Below, piece by piece: positions 35,871 through 43,575 of a DNA stretch of 64,000 bases. The notes under the pieces are model-generated. The model did no database searches, had not been told where the DNA came from, and saw only the letters and a program-made list of their open reading frames with translations. The position numbers and the translations under genes are program-made. Positions within the stretch are counted from its first letter, which is position 1. Every line of letters begins with the position of its first letter. Source of the stretch: a virus; the IMG/VR virus record IMGVR_UViG_3300035698_012408. The stretch is one strand, 5' to 3'.

Positions 35871-36641
35871 TCAGTAATCTTCAAAAATCTCTGACGCCCT
35901 AAATACTATTCGCTTCAACCGCGGTGCCTCTACCTGGAGTGACCAAGTTTCAGCCGCGACATAAGCTACGCTAACCGGAACGACGTAATTCTCGGTAGCC
36001 TCCTTGAGTGCTGACACTTTTCCAACGGCCACCGGTACAAACCGGTGCAGCTCCAATTTGTCCATAATTTCAGGACCAAACCAAAGCATAATCTTGGCGA
36101 CCTCCCATGCTAGGAGTTGCGCCTCAGCGCCGCTATTCGCAACGGCAAAAAAAGTATGGGTGCCTTGCCAGAAGCCTCCGAAGAACCGCTTGCCTGAGCG
36201 GACCTCGTAACCTGTCTGATCTCCAATACCCATCCGCTGCCATTTCCAATCGCCCTCGGCGAGGATGATTGCTGGCCGCGATTCAGTGAGTTCGGGACGC
36301 CACTTGTGCAGGGATTCAATGTAAATCCCAGTATTGGCCTCCTTACTCCAAACACCATCACGTTCAATTGACTTTCTCAATGTCCCGTTCAGGATGTTCC
36401 GTGCGTCTGCAAAATGCTGTAGCAACACCTGACGTAACGCTCCTTGCATGACCAAAGGTGATGGCCCATAGGAACATAGCGCACTAAGTGTTGGTACCCG
36501 GACCTCCGGGGAACTGCCCTCCGGGAAACGGGCTTCCGTTTCCGGGGGGTTGGAAGGGTCCGGGTTGCATTGTGGCATTTCCGACATTTCCAGCTCCATA
36601 AGCTGCGTCTTGCGTGTTACCAAGCGCCGTGTCAACGACAT
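35871..36641 (-). CDS. Hypothetical neck/tail-terminator-region protein; start uncertain (36641, 36587 or 36449)
   Basis: Long ORF. GGAG lies 6 nt before ATG 36587. It overlaps the 36484..36735 ORF in another frame. Confidence 0.55.
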   Translation of the reverse strand: MSLTRRLVTRKTQLMELEMSEMPQCNPDPSNPPETEARFPEGSSPEVRVPTLSALCSYGPSPLVMQGALRQVLLQHFADARNILNGTLRKSIERDGVWSKEANTGIYIESLHKWRPELTESRPAIILAEGDWKWQRMGIGDQTGYEVRSGKRFFGGFWQGTHTFFAVANSGAEAQLLAWEVAKIMLWFGPEIMDKLELHRFVPVAVGKVSALKEATENYVVPVSVAYVAAETWSLQVEAPRLKRIVFRASEIFEDY

Positions 36642-36735
36642 CCTGGTCTAGCTCGAAGGCGTACATGCTCAGAGTGTCAACCATCCCGGCCGCCGCTAAG
36701 TCGTGCGGTTTAGGGGTTTTGTCGTCTTCTGGCAT
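36484..36735 (-). CDS. Possible small ORF (83 aa) with a Gly/Pro-rich tail
   Basis: ATG at 36735 with GGAG 6 nt upstream. Without it there would be a ~150-nt gap in a very compact genome. However, third-position GC in the overlap favours the other frame. Confidence 0.35.
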   Translation of the reverse strand: MPEDDKTPKPHDLAAAGMVDTLSMYAFELDQDVVDTALGNTQDAAYGAGNVGNATMQPGPFQPPGNGSPFPGGQFPGGPGTNT

Positions 36736-36762
36736 GTGTAACTCCGATACCTACAGGATACG

Positions 36763-36772
36763 TTAGTCTGCG
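36763..36772 (-). promoter_or_regulatory. Copy of the intergenic 10-mer CGCAGACTAA (minus-strand sense)
   Basis: Plus strand ttagtctgcg at 36763-36772, identical to 40260-40269. Confidence 0.35.
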
Positions 36773-36789
36773 GTACAATTCAATAGCGC

Positions 36790-38034
36790 TTAGAACGCTC
36801 CGAACGATTCGGAGGTTTCGCTGCTCTCACTGACCGAGCTGCTCACCGAGGGTGGAGCACCGGGGTCTGGCGGCTGCACGGTTAAAGCTACGGCGTCAGG
36901 GCCGTACTCACCGGCTTTCTCGAATACGACAACGTATTCGCCTGGATCTAGCATTACTGCGTAAGCCCAGTGGCCGTTGGTCGTTGTGATCGACTCAGCG
37001 ACCGCGTTGGCAGGAAGCCGGGCACCCGCATCCCAATCTTCTTTCGTGAAGACTCGAATGGTGGCCCCAGGAACCCCACAACAATCTATCTGATATGTCA
37101 AATTCTCGTCTATCGGGTAGTCATGGTCAACCGGAACACAGCCATTTCCGACAGTTGGCTCGTAATTTGGATCGTCGTCTGCCGGGTCGTAGGCGTCCGG
37201 GCTCACGGGTATTCGGTAGATTATATCGTTGAACGGCGCCAAGGCTAGCTCCAGCTCGTTGACCAGCGGGACACCTCGCCAGCTTGCCAGCGGCTTGATC
37301 GAATGGATCACATACCGCTGGTCGGTGTCGCCGTCCACCCAGAAGTCCTCCTTGGCATGATCCGGGGACGCAATGACCCGCGCGATGAATCGATCGAGTC
37401 GCGAGCTGTGCTTGGTCGGATCGGCCCCACCACGCAGCTCAGTGCATTTCTCGCCGTCGATGTCCATCGCGAACGGGACAGGCGGGTGGTATCCGACCTT
37501 GAAGGCCGTCCCCCAGGAGGAGCGATTGCGGGAATCCACAACCTCGTCCGTGAGCGGGTCGGTGGCATTCGTGTCCTTCACGCCATAACGCATGCGGCGG
37601 ACAAGGTAGCCATCCATGCTCACGAGACCATGCCGTAATGTCTCTTTCCGCACGATCTCTCGGGCGATGACCCAGTCTCGTTGATTCAAGATGCCCCATA
37701 TTGGAGCCCCGGCAGACACGTAGACGCCCAGCGACGTCGTGAGCTTCAGCCGATAATGCGACAAAAGACGCTTACCAGCGGGTTCTCGCGTGGTATCGTC
37801 TTCCAGATAGGATGGATTGATGGCCGAATCGCCAATATCAACCCAGTCCAGGGCGGTATTGGTGCCTACGTAACTAGCTTGCAGCTGGAAAACATAGGGC
37901 GACGGATCAGTGAAACGACTATCCATCTCCCACCAAACACGGGAGATGCCGTAGAATAGGTGATTCACGTAGACACGCTGAAACGGATAGCTCTCAGTCG
38001 ACGGCATCGTCATCGTCTCCGTGGGTCGCGTCAT
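36790..38034 (-). CDS. Hypothetical head-tail/neck region protein (414 aa; start may be 38007)
   Basis: Long ORF. GGAG lies 9 nt before ATG 38007. C-terminal Ser-rich tail SVSSSVSESSETSESFGAF. Confidence 0.65.
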   Translation of the reverse strand: MTRPTETMTMPSTESYPFQRVYVNHLFYGISRVWWEMDSRFTDPSPYVFQLQASYVGTNTALDWVDIGDSAINPSYLEDDTTREPAGKRLLSHYRLKLTTSLGVYVSAGAPIWGILNQRDWVIAREIVRKETLRHGLVSMDGYLVRRMRYGVKDTNATDPLTDEVVDSRNRSSWGTAFKVGYHPPVPFAMDIDGEKCTELRGGADPTKHSSRLDRFIARVIASPDHAKEDFWVDGDTDQRYVIHSIKPLASWRGVPLVNELELALAPFNDIIYRIPVSPDAYDPADDDPNYEPTVGNGCVPVDHDYPIDENLTYQIDCCGVPGATIRVFTKEDWDAGARLPANAVAESITTTNGHWAYAVMLDPGEYVVVFEKAGEYGPDAVALTVQPPDPGAPPSVSSSVSESSETSESFGAF

Positions 38035-38170
38035 CTTCTGCTATGACCCGTTCCGCTTCCGGGCCAAAAAGTAACTTGCTGTCCTGCATCATCTTACTGA
38101 TTTCGGCCTGCACTGGCTTGATGGCTGGCCGCCGAGGCGTCGTGAAGTAAAGATCAACGATTTGAGTCAT
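37994..38170 (-). CDS. Small hypothetical protein (~58 aa)
   Basis: The track start 38203 is a TTG. ATG 38170 has AGGAG upstream. Acidic C-terminus. Confidence 0.45.
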   Translation of the reverse strand: MTQIVDLYFTTPRRPAIKPVQAEISKMMQDSKLLFGPEAERVIAEDDATHGDDDDAVD

Positions 38171-39200
38171 CCGATTGCTGCTCCTGCGGGTCCCATGATT
38201 CAAGACAACAGTGTAGCTGCCACCTAGTTATCATTCTACCCCAATTGAATTGCTCTAGCAAGCGTCTAACCGTCGCTCTAACCTTCCGACCCATCTGCAC
38301 TTCAGGTGAGTACCGCTCTCGAAGGCCCCGCAGCATCTCGCACGTCTCCACGTGTATTCGTGGGTCATCGCCGGCGATACCCATCGGCACCGAACCGATG
38401 TTGTTCGATGCTTCTATGTCTGCCCGTGGGAGGTTAGCGAGAGCTTGAGTGAGCTCACGGCTACGCTCCTCGGCGTCGATCTCCCGGACTGGTCGGTTGG
38501 TCTCAGTCGCTCGGTCACGATCCGGGTCGGCGACCAGCTCGCGATCGAGCTGTCCACTGTTCATCACGCGGTCCAGCTCGTCGTTCGAGATCTGCATCGG
38601 GGGCATGATGCGACGGTAAAATCCCTCTTCCCGCATCCGTGAGTAAGTAAATTCGTTTACCGCGTCGATCGCTGCCCGGTTGTCGCTGGGAGTGTTCAGT
38701 TGGTCGAACAGATGCTCATTGAGCGTCCGAGTGGTCAACCGCTCCTGTTCCTGCCTGCACGTGTGTGGAGCGGTGATGAACCGCATCCAATCTCGAACTG
38801 ACAGTCGCATCCGCTGACGCTGCGTCGGGCCGGTCCATCCGTTTCTAAGTACCGCGCGTTGCTCTTCCTCCGGCGGGTCTTCTGCGCCCCACGCCCGGAT
38901 CTCTTCTAGCAGTCTTTCCGGCAGCAGTATAGGCTCCGGCACCTGGAACGTCGGCAAGTCGTGGAGTGCTCGCTGCAAGGCCTCTCGGTTGATCCCGCCA
39001 GCGAACACGTCCCCATTGCGGTTCGGCACTTCGCCGTCCGCTGCAATCGCCAGGAGAAACCGTCGATCCTCTGCCAAGATTGTGTCGGTGATGAACTCAG
39101 GATGTCTGGCTGCCAGCGTGGCACGGTAGCTCACAAACGGGATACTAATATCCCGAGCGACTTGCTCCACGCTGCCCGTAATCACTACCGATGCCGCCAT
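38154..39200 (-). CDS. Protein (348 aa) carrying a copy of the capsid N-terminal segment and a protease-like NRNGD motif
   Basis: ATG at 39200 with GGAG 7 nt upstream. Residues 160-213 match 36 of 54 positions of the capsid candidate (LNE.LF.QL.TP.....AIDAVN.FT...MRE.GF.RRI.PP.QISNDELDR). The N-terminal LLAIAADGEVPNRNGDVFAGG resembles YGANRNGDGF of CDS 45699..47219. Confidence 0.6.
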   Translation of the reverse strand: MAASVVITGSVEQVARDISIPFVSYRATLAARHPEFITDTILAEDRRFLLAIAADGEVPNRNGDVFAGGINREALQRALHDLPTFQVPEPILLPERLLEEIRAWGAEDPPEEEQRAVLRNGWTGPTQRQRMRLSVRDWMRFITAPHTCRQEQERLTTRTLNEHLFDQLNTPSDNRAAIDAVNEFTYSRMREEGFYRRIMPPMQISNDELDRVMNSGQLDRELVADPDRDRATETNRPVREIDAEERSRELTQALANLPRADIEASNNIGSVPMGIAGDDPRIHVETCEMLRGLRERYSPEVQMGRKVRATVRRLLEQFNWGRMITRWQLHCCLESWDPQEQQSDDSNR

Positions 39201-40209
39201 AACCCTGCTCCAGATTCATGCTGCTTTTCTTCACGCGAATGAACTGCCGCCACTCTTGTAGCCGAATGGCCGCTGCTCTTTCGTAATTGTCTTCCTTCCC
39301 CTGGTCGTCGACCTGCACCCCGCCGGCAGACACCGGAAGGCGGTTCGATCGATACTGCTCTGCGGCCATGCGGAATAGGTACCCGCAGATGGCGTTGAGC
39401 CAGTTCATTCGGAAAGGGAAATTGATCGTGTTGTAAGTTTGGATCGGCGGCGGCGTCTCGTTCCACTCTTGGACAGGTAGTCGAATCGCCAGCACGATCT
39501 CGGAATCCGAGAACTTCAGTGCGTCAAGCAACAAGTTCTCCACCGGAGCACTGTCTCGCAGGAACAGTCGCACTTCCGCAAATGACGGCGTGCCATTGAG
39601 CTGGTCCAGGGAGATCTGCGGCTCCACGTAAATGTAAAATAGGTTCGAGTAATGTCGAACCGGGTTCAGTGCATCCGTTCGATCATAAATGCCGAACTCC
39701 CCAAAGTAAACCCCGGCCCGCTGTAAACAGGTCGCCGGCAGCTCCACTCGCACAATGCCATCAGTCACGCTCTCGACAGTCACCTCGGTGTCTAGCGTCG
39801 TCTTGGTGACCGATAGTTGCTCCCGCATGGAGAACAGCACGTCAAAGTTGTCATTGCAGGTCCCTGGCATCGTGCCTTCCACCCAGGCCGCCGATTCCGA
39901 CGACGCTGAGACCGACTCCGAGGATGACTCGCTGTCAACCGGCGGTTCCGTAAAGCACCCTGCCAACGATAGCGGATTGCCGGACTGATCCAACATCTGC
40001 CATCGAATCACAGCACTTTGGTTGGCCTGCACCGTGACGCTGGCTATCCGGCCACGAATATCCTGGCCCTGGAATGTCGGCATCGTCGGGAAGACTTCAT
40101 TCTGCGTGCAGCACGTCGTAACCGGGTTGGGTGCAACCGGATGCGTCGGATTGGCGGGCGGCGGACAGCTAACTGGGTCGCCGGCCACAGGAGTCGCTTG
40201 AACAGGCAT
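39145..40209 (-). CDS. Hypothetical virion protein (354 aa)
   Basis: ATG at 40209 with GGGAGGG 4 nt upstream. Pro-rich N-terminus. Ser/Glu patch VDSESSSESVSASSESAAW. Confidence 0.65.
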   Translation of the reverse strand: MPVQATPVAGDPVSCPPPANPTHPVAPNPVTTCCTQNEVFPTMPTFQGQDIRGRIASVTVQANQSAVIRWQMLDQSGNPLSLAGCFTEPPVDSESSSESVSASSESAAWVEGTMPGTCNDNFDVLFSMREQLSVTKTTLDTEVTVESVTDGIVRVELPATCLQRAGVYFGEFGIYDRTDALNPVRHYSNLFYIYVEPQISLDQLNGTPSFAEVRLFLRDSAPVENLLLDALKFSDSEIVLAIRLPVQEWNETPPPIQTYNTINFPFRMNWLNAICGYLFRMAAEQYRSNRLPVSAGGVQVDDQGKEDNYERAAAIRLQEWRQFIRVKKSSMNLEQGYGGIGSDYGQRGASRSGY

Positions 40210-40248
40210 TTTACCCTCCCTGGTGGAAAAAGTGACTGCGTTTCACGC

Positions 40249-40269
40249 ATTGTAGCATATTAGTCTGCG
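40249..40269 (-). promoter_or_regulatory. CGCAGACTAA 10-mer followed by an extended -10-like TGCTACAAT
   Basis: The minus-strand sense is CGCAGACTAAtaTGCTACAATg. On the plus strand, attgtagca is at 40249-40257 and ttagtctgcg at 40260-40269. It lies between a terminator hairpin and the start at 40209. Confidence 0.35.
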
Positions 40270-40276
40270 CATAGAA

Positions 40277-40315
40277 ACGTGCCCTGCGGCCGATTTTAAC
40301 CGACCGTGGGCACGT
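40277..40315 (-). terminator. Intrinsic-terminator-like hairpin after CDS 40361..40858
   Basis: acgtgccc (40277-40284) pairs with gggcacgt (40308-40315), with further imperfect pairing inside. On the transcript it is followed by UUCUAU. Confidence 0.55.
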
Positions 40316-40360
40316 TGTATAGTCACACAGCGATTTGCATCGGCGTGGTACAATTTTTGA

Positions 40361-40858
40361 CTACGCAGACGACGATGACAAGCTCGCGCTTTCGCTTACG
40401 CTCGCGCTTTCGCTTACGCTCGCACTATCGCTTACGCTCGCACTGTCGCTTACGCTCGCACTGTCGCTTACGCTCGCACTGTCGCTTACGCTCGCACTGT
40501 CGCTTACGCTCGCACTTTCGGACACAGGCACGTACGTCGGATCAACGACACCGAGAACACCCCCGACGATCTCAATCGACTTGGGTAGCTCATCGACCGT
40601 ATCCCAAAGAATGGGGGCCGGTCGGCTGTTGATACGAAGACTGCCCGTTTTCAAGGCCCGCTCCAAAGCGTCGAACTTTCGGCGTCGCCCACCTTGCTGG
40701 TGTAGGATACCGAGCGAAGCAAGCAAGTCACCGGGAACTGCGGCAACCTCGCCAGCGTCCAGTCGCATACCGCGTGGGCCAAGAAAGCCGAAAACGCGGG
40801 CACCGCCAGAAAGATTTTCGACGACGGTGTACAGCTCGTCTTGTGCTGGATTTGCCAT
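40361..40858 (-). CDS. Capsid-proximal small protein, paralogue B (165 aa) with a C-terminal SASVSD tandem repeat
   Basis: ATG at 40858 with GAGGGAG upstream. The first ~115 aa are near-identical to CDS 40912..41301 (MANP.QDELYTVV.NLSGG.RVFGFLGPRGMRL...). Confidence 0.7.
   Translation of the reverse strand: MANPAQDELYTVVENLSGGARVFGFLGPRGMRLDAGEVAAVPGDLLASLGILHQQGGRRRKFDALERALKTGSLRINSRPAPILWDTVDELPKSIEIVGGVLGVVDPTYVPVSESASVSDSASVSDSASVSDSASVSDSASVSDSASVSESASVSESASLSSSSA
40383..40526 (-). repeat. 18-bp tandem repeat, 8 copies (4 identical), coding for (S-A-S-V-S-D/E)n
   Basis: The unit gctcgcactgtcgcttac, counted from 40383. Copies at 40437-40508 are identical. Confidence 0.9.
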
Positions 40859-40911
40859 CAGATTATTTCTCCCTCATTATGACATTGCAAACAGGAGCCG
40901 CAGTCTCAGTA

Positions 40912-41301
40912 TTAAATTTCCGCACCCTGTACAAGGGAGCTGCTACTGAGACTGAAGCTATAACTCTTCGGCACGTACGTTGGATCAACAACGCCGAGAG
41001 TACCGCCGACGATCGCAATCGACTTCGGAACCTCGTCAACCGCGTCCCAGAGAACTGGGGCGGGGCGGCTATTGATTTGCAACGAGCCGGCCTTCAGGGA
41101 CCGCTCCAGGGCGTCGAACTTCCGACGGCGCCCACCTTGCTGGCTTTGAGAGCCAAGCGAGGCGAGCAAATCACCGGGGATCGTAACGACCTCGGAGGCA
41201 GCCAAACGCATCCCTCGGGGACCGAGGAAACCGAACACTCGCTCGCCACCAGAGAGATTCTGGACGACTGTGTAGAGTTCGTCTTGGGATGGATTTGCCA
41301 T
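40912..41301 (-). CDS. Capsid-proximal small protein, paralogue A (129 aa)
   Basis: ATG at 41301 with GGGAGAAATAA upstream. The same leader string precedes paralogue B. Confidence 0.7.
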   Translation of the reverse strand: MANPSQDELYTVVQNLSGGERVFGFLGPRGMRLAASEVVTIPGDLLASLGSQSQQGGRRRKFDALERSLKAGSLQINSRPAPVLWDAVDEVPKSIAIVGGTLGVVDPTYVPKSYSFSLSSSSLVQGAEI

Positions 41302-41364
41302 TGTTTATTTCTCCCACATTGGGGTTACGTGAACAGAGTGAACACAGCTCGGCGAGTCACGAGA

Positions 41365-41796
41365 CTACGCCGCGGGCTGTTGCTGCTGTTGTGCCGCGTG
41401 GGCATTGACAGCTTGCAGACTCAACACCGCGTGAGCGATAGTCGGGTCGAACGATGCTTGAGCGGCGGCCTGTTTGACCATTTGCGCGCTGGCGTCGAAC
41501 TTGGGCGTATCATAACCACGTGCTTGCAACTGCTGCTGGAGGTGGGCACTTGCACCAGCGAGCAACGGATTGCCGGCGGACGCTGTCTTTTCCACTTCCG
41601 TGTCGTGGGCCGACCGCAACTGGGCCGCCATCGACATCATTTCCATCGCCTCAGTTTCGTTTTGAGGACGAATTCCGTAGTCTTGAGCGAGCTTCTCAAA
41701 GAACACCGGAGCGTAAACCCGCTGATGCACGACGGCATACGCGGTTTCCGGGTCCATAACTTGAGGAGCACCCGCGTTTGGATTGTCTTGCGACAT
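41365..41796 (-). CDS. Hypothetical helical protein (143 aa)
   Basis: ATG at 41796. Ala/Gln-rich, ending in QQQQQPAA. Confidence 0.6.
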   Translation of the reverse strand: MSQDNPNAGAPQVMDPETAYAVVHQRVYAPVFFEKLAQDYGIRPQNETEAMEMMSMAAQLRSAHDTEVEKTASAGNPLLAGASAHLQQQLQARGYDTPKFDASAQMVKQAAAQASFDPTIAHAVLSLQAVNAHAAQQQQQPAA

Positions 41797-41820
41797 TGGG
41801 GAAATCTCCGTTACTTACGG

Positions 41821-41830
41821 GTAGTATGCG
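41821..41830 (-). promoter_or_regulatory. Variant of the intergenic 10-mer (CGCATACTAC)
   Basis: Plus strand gtagtatgcg. Matches CGCAGACTAA at 8 of 10 positions. Lies just downstream of the capsid terminator. Confidence 0.25.
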
Positions 41831-41837
41831 AATGAAA

Positions 41838-41866
41838 CCGGCCCGGCCCCGAAGGGCCGTAGCCGG
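41838..41866 (-). terminator. Strong intrinsic terminator after the major capsid candidate
   Basis: The transcript reads UUUUUGU-CCGGCUACGGCCC-UUCG-GGGCCGGGCCGG-UUUCAUU. This is a GC stem with a UUCG tetraloop and a U-rich tail, ~27 nt after the TAA at 41893. Confidence 0.75.
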
Positions 41867-41892
41867 ACAAAAATCTTCACTACCAACAACGC

Positions 41893-42822
41893 TTACGCGA
41901 AGTCGGCTCGGGCGATGCCACCGGCGTGTCCGATACTTCCACCCATCGTCTGATAGGCGAAGAATTCGAGCATGTACGCTTCACGACGAATGTACATGGT
42001 CGTATCTTCTAGCAGATACGACTTACCGATGAACTTGGGATCGGCGAACATGAACATCGAGTCGTCGGGGACCAGATCGCGCTTGATCGTGATGATCCAA
42101 CGCATGTTCATGAAGTTGGCTTCAGCCCAACCGTTCTTGATGACGTCCTGGGAGAAATCTCCGCCCATTTCGTCACGTCCAAACTTCTCGATCTCCTTGA
42201 TCGTCACGTTGTTGATCAGGCACGTATGCGATTCGAGATGACTCGGACCGCGCGGCATGATCTTACGGGCGTCTTGGAGGGTCTCACGGGTGATGCCACC
42301 TTCAATGGTTTCCCACTGAACGACATTGCCGTTGTACGGCACCGGGACGTCCGGGCCGATCATCAAAGCGTTGCACGCAGAGATGAATTTCGAGTCTTCT
42401 TCGGCTAGCATATCTTTGATGCTATTATCCGAAAGGACCTGTCGAATGTCCATGACCCATGTGCGAAGCTCGTCCACGTCCTTGACGAATCGAGGCGTGA
42501 CAATGCGGTCGAACATTACGCGGTAACGAGGACCACGAATGTAGACATTGACAGGCAACGTCGCGAACGGAATCGAGATCGCAGCCGGGGAATCCGGCTC
42601 TTTGTCGACGACTTTGACAGGCTTGTCGGTGTCGACTTGCCGGTCCAACTCGTCGTTGGAAATCTGGAGGGGTGGAAGAATTCGGCGGAAGAAGCCGTCC
42701 TCACGCATCTTGGTTCGCGTGAAGTCGTTGACGGCGTCAATCGCTTGCTTCTCCATCCCGGGAGTTTGCAGTTGCTCAAACAGTGTCTCGTTGAGCAGCT
42801 GGGTATCAGTTTGGGTTGCCAT
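41893..42822 (-). CDS. Major capsid protein candidate (HK97-fold class), ~309 aa
   Basis: The track start 42858 is a TTG. I prefer ATG 42822, with GGAGG 9 nt upstream. Supporting points are its size, its position after the protease/scaffold-like genes, and the strong terminator directly downstream. The fold was not verified. Confidence 0.5.
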   Translation of the reverse strand: MATQTDTQLLNETLFEQLQTPGMEKQAIDAVNDFTRTKMREDGFFRRILPPLQISNDELDRQVDTDKPVKVVDKEPDSPAAISIPFATLPVNVYIRGPRYRVMFDRIVTPRFVKDVDELRTWVMDIRQVLSDNSIKDMLAEEDSKFISACNALMIGPDVPVPYNGNVVQWETIEGGITRETLQDARKIMPRGPSHLESHTCLINNVTIKEIEKFGRDEMGGDFSQDVIKNGWAEANFMNMRWIITIKRDLVPDDSMFMFADPKFIGKSYLLEDTTMYIRREAYMLEFFAYQTMGGSIGHAGGIARADFA

Positions 42823-42907
42823 CGTAGCAAACCTCCGTGTTTTCGGGATGTCAGCCAATCATGGCCGATTGATTACAATGTACGCTCTGCTTTCGGAAGA
42901 CCACCTG

Positions 42908-43492
42908 CTACTGCGCAGCAGCAGGAAGGTAAACCGGCCAGAACGCCAGCACGCTTACGCTATGCTCGTTCTGGAATTGACCACGGCTGACACAGCCACA
43001 CGCGGGATCGGTGTACTGTCGTACGACACCAGTCGAACCACCAGCACCATCACGGTCGTTGCAAAGCACGCCGCCGGTAGCCTGGACAGTGTTGCTGGCG
43101 AGAGCCGTCAGCAACTGGTTCGGAGCGTACGCCAAATTCGGCGCAGAATCGAACTCAGTCGATTCCAGCTCGTAGCCGCCAGTGGCGACTAGACCGGACA
43201 TGTTACCCGCCGGCGAGATCGGTTGCTGCATGAAAGCACCAGCAGCGGTCGTCGAGGGGTTACTGACATCGAAGTCAGTGTCGGCCTGAAGAAGGAAGAT
43301 CGGCATCTGAGCACCGGCGATACCCATCTCAAACTCACCGCTGGCATTCACGTGAACCACGCGACCACCGAAGGCTTGAAGGGTAACGGCTGCGGCCAGT
43401 TTTGCCGAGAAATCGAGAGCGCTCGGCTCGAACCATCCCTTGGGATGGCTGAGACAATGCTCGAACTGTAGGGAAGGGGATGCGCCTGGCAT
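42908..43492 (-). CDS. Hypothetical head protein (194 aa)
   Basis: ATG at 43492 with GGAGGTG 5 nt upstream. Lies directly upstream of the capsid candidate. Confidence 0.65.
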   Translation of the reverse strand: MPGASPSLQFEHCLSHPKGWFEPSALDFSAKLAAAVTLQAFGGRVVHVNASGEFEMGIAGAQMPIFLLQADTDFDVSNPSTTAAGAFMQQPISPAGNMSGLVATGGYELESTEFDSAPNLAYAPNQLLTALASNTVQATGGVLCNDRDGAGGSTGVVRQYTDPACGCVSRGQFQNEHSVSVLAFWPVYLPAAAQ

Positions 43493-43512
43493 CTTAGCAC
43501 CTCCGTATGCTT

Positions 43513-43534
43513 GAAAAATGACCTATCGTAGGTC
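43513..43534 (-). terminator. Short hairpin plus U-run
   Basis: gaccta-tcg-taggtc (43520-43534). On the transcript it is followed by AUUUUUC (plus-strand a-run at 43514-43518). Confidence 0.4.
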
Positions 43535-43575
43535 GTGATGTTACAAAAAACGCTGCGTCTCCTGCTTGTTGTCGC

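Noticed and set aside
40383-40526. Possible CRISPR array or other spaced repeat
   Set aside because: The 18-bp units are directly adjacent with no spacers, are in frame, and lie inside a CDS. The 201-bp and 48/75-bp repeats are likewise coding tandem repeats. No repeat-spacer architecture occurs anywhere in the window.
40774-41835. 353-aa plus-strand ORF spanning several minus-strand genes and spacers
   Set aside because: It crosses two paralogous minus-strand genes, their spacers and part of a third gene. Reading through clear minus-strand SD/start sites and repeat leaders makes it implausible as a gene.
42823-42858. N-terminal extensions given by the ORF track (e.g. capsid start at 42858; also 18731, 20524, 22211, 28148, 38203, 44046, 57684, 62894, 63647, 63672)
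   Set aside because: These longest-ORF starts are TTG/GTG codons or overlap the preceding gene heavily. An internal ATG with a proper GGAGG-type SD and stop-start coupling is present in each case.
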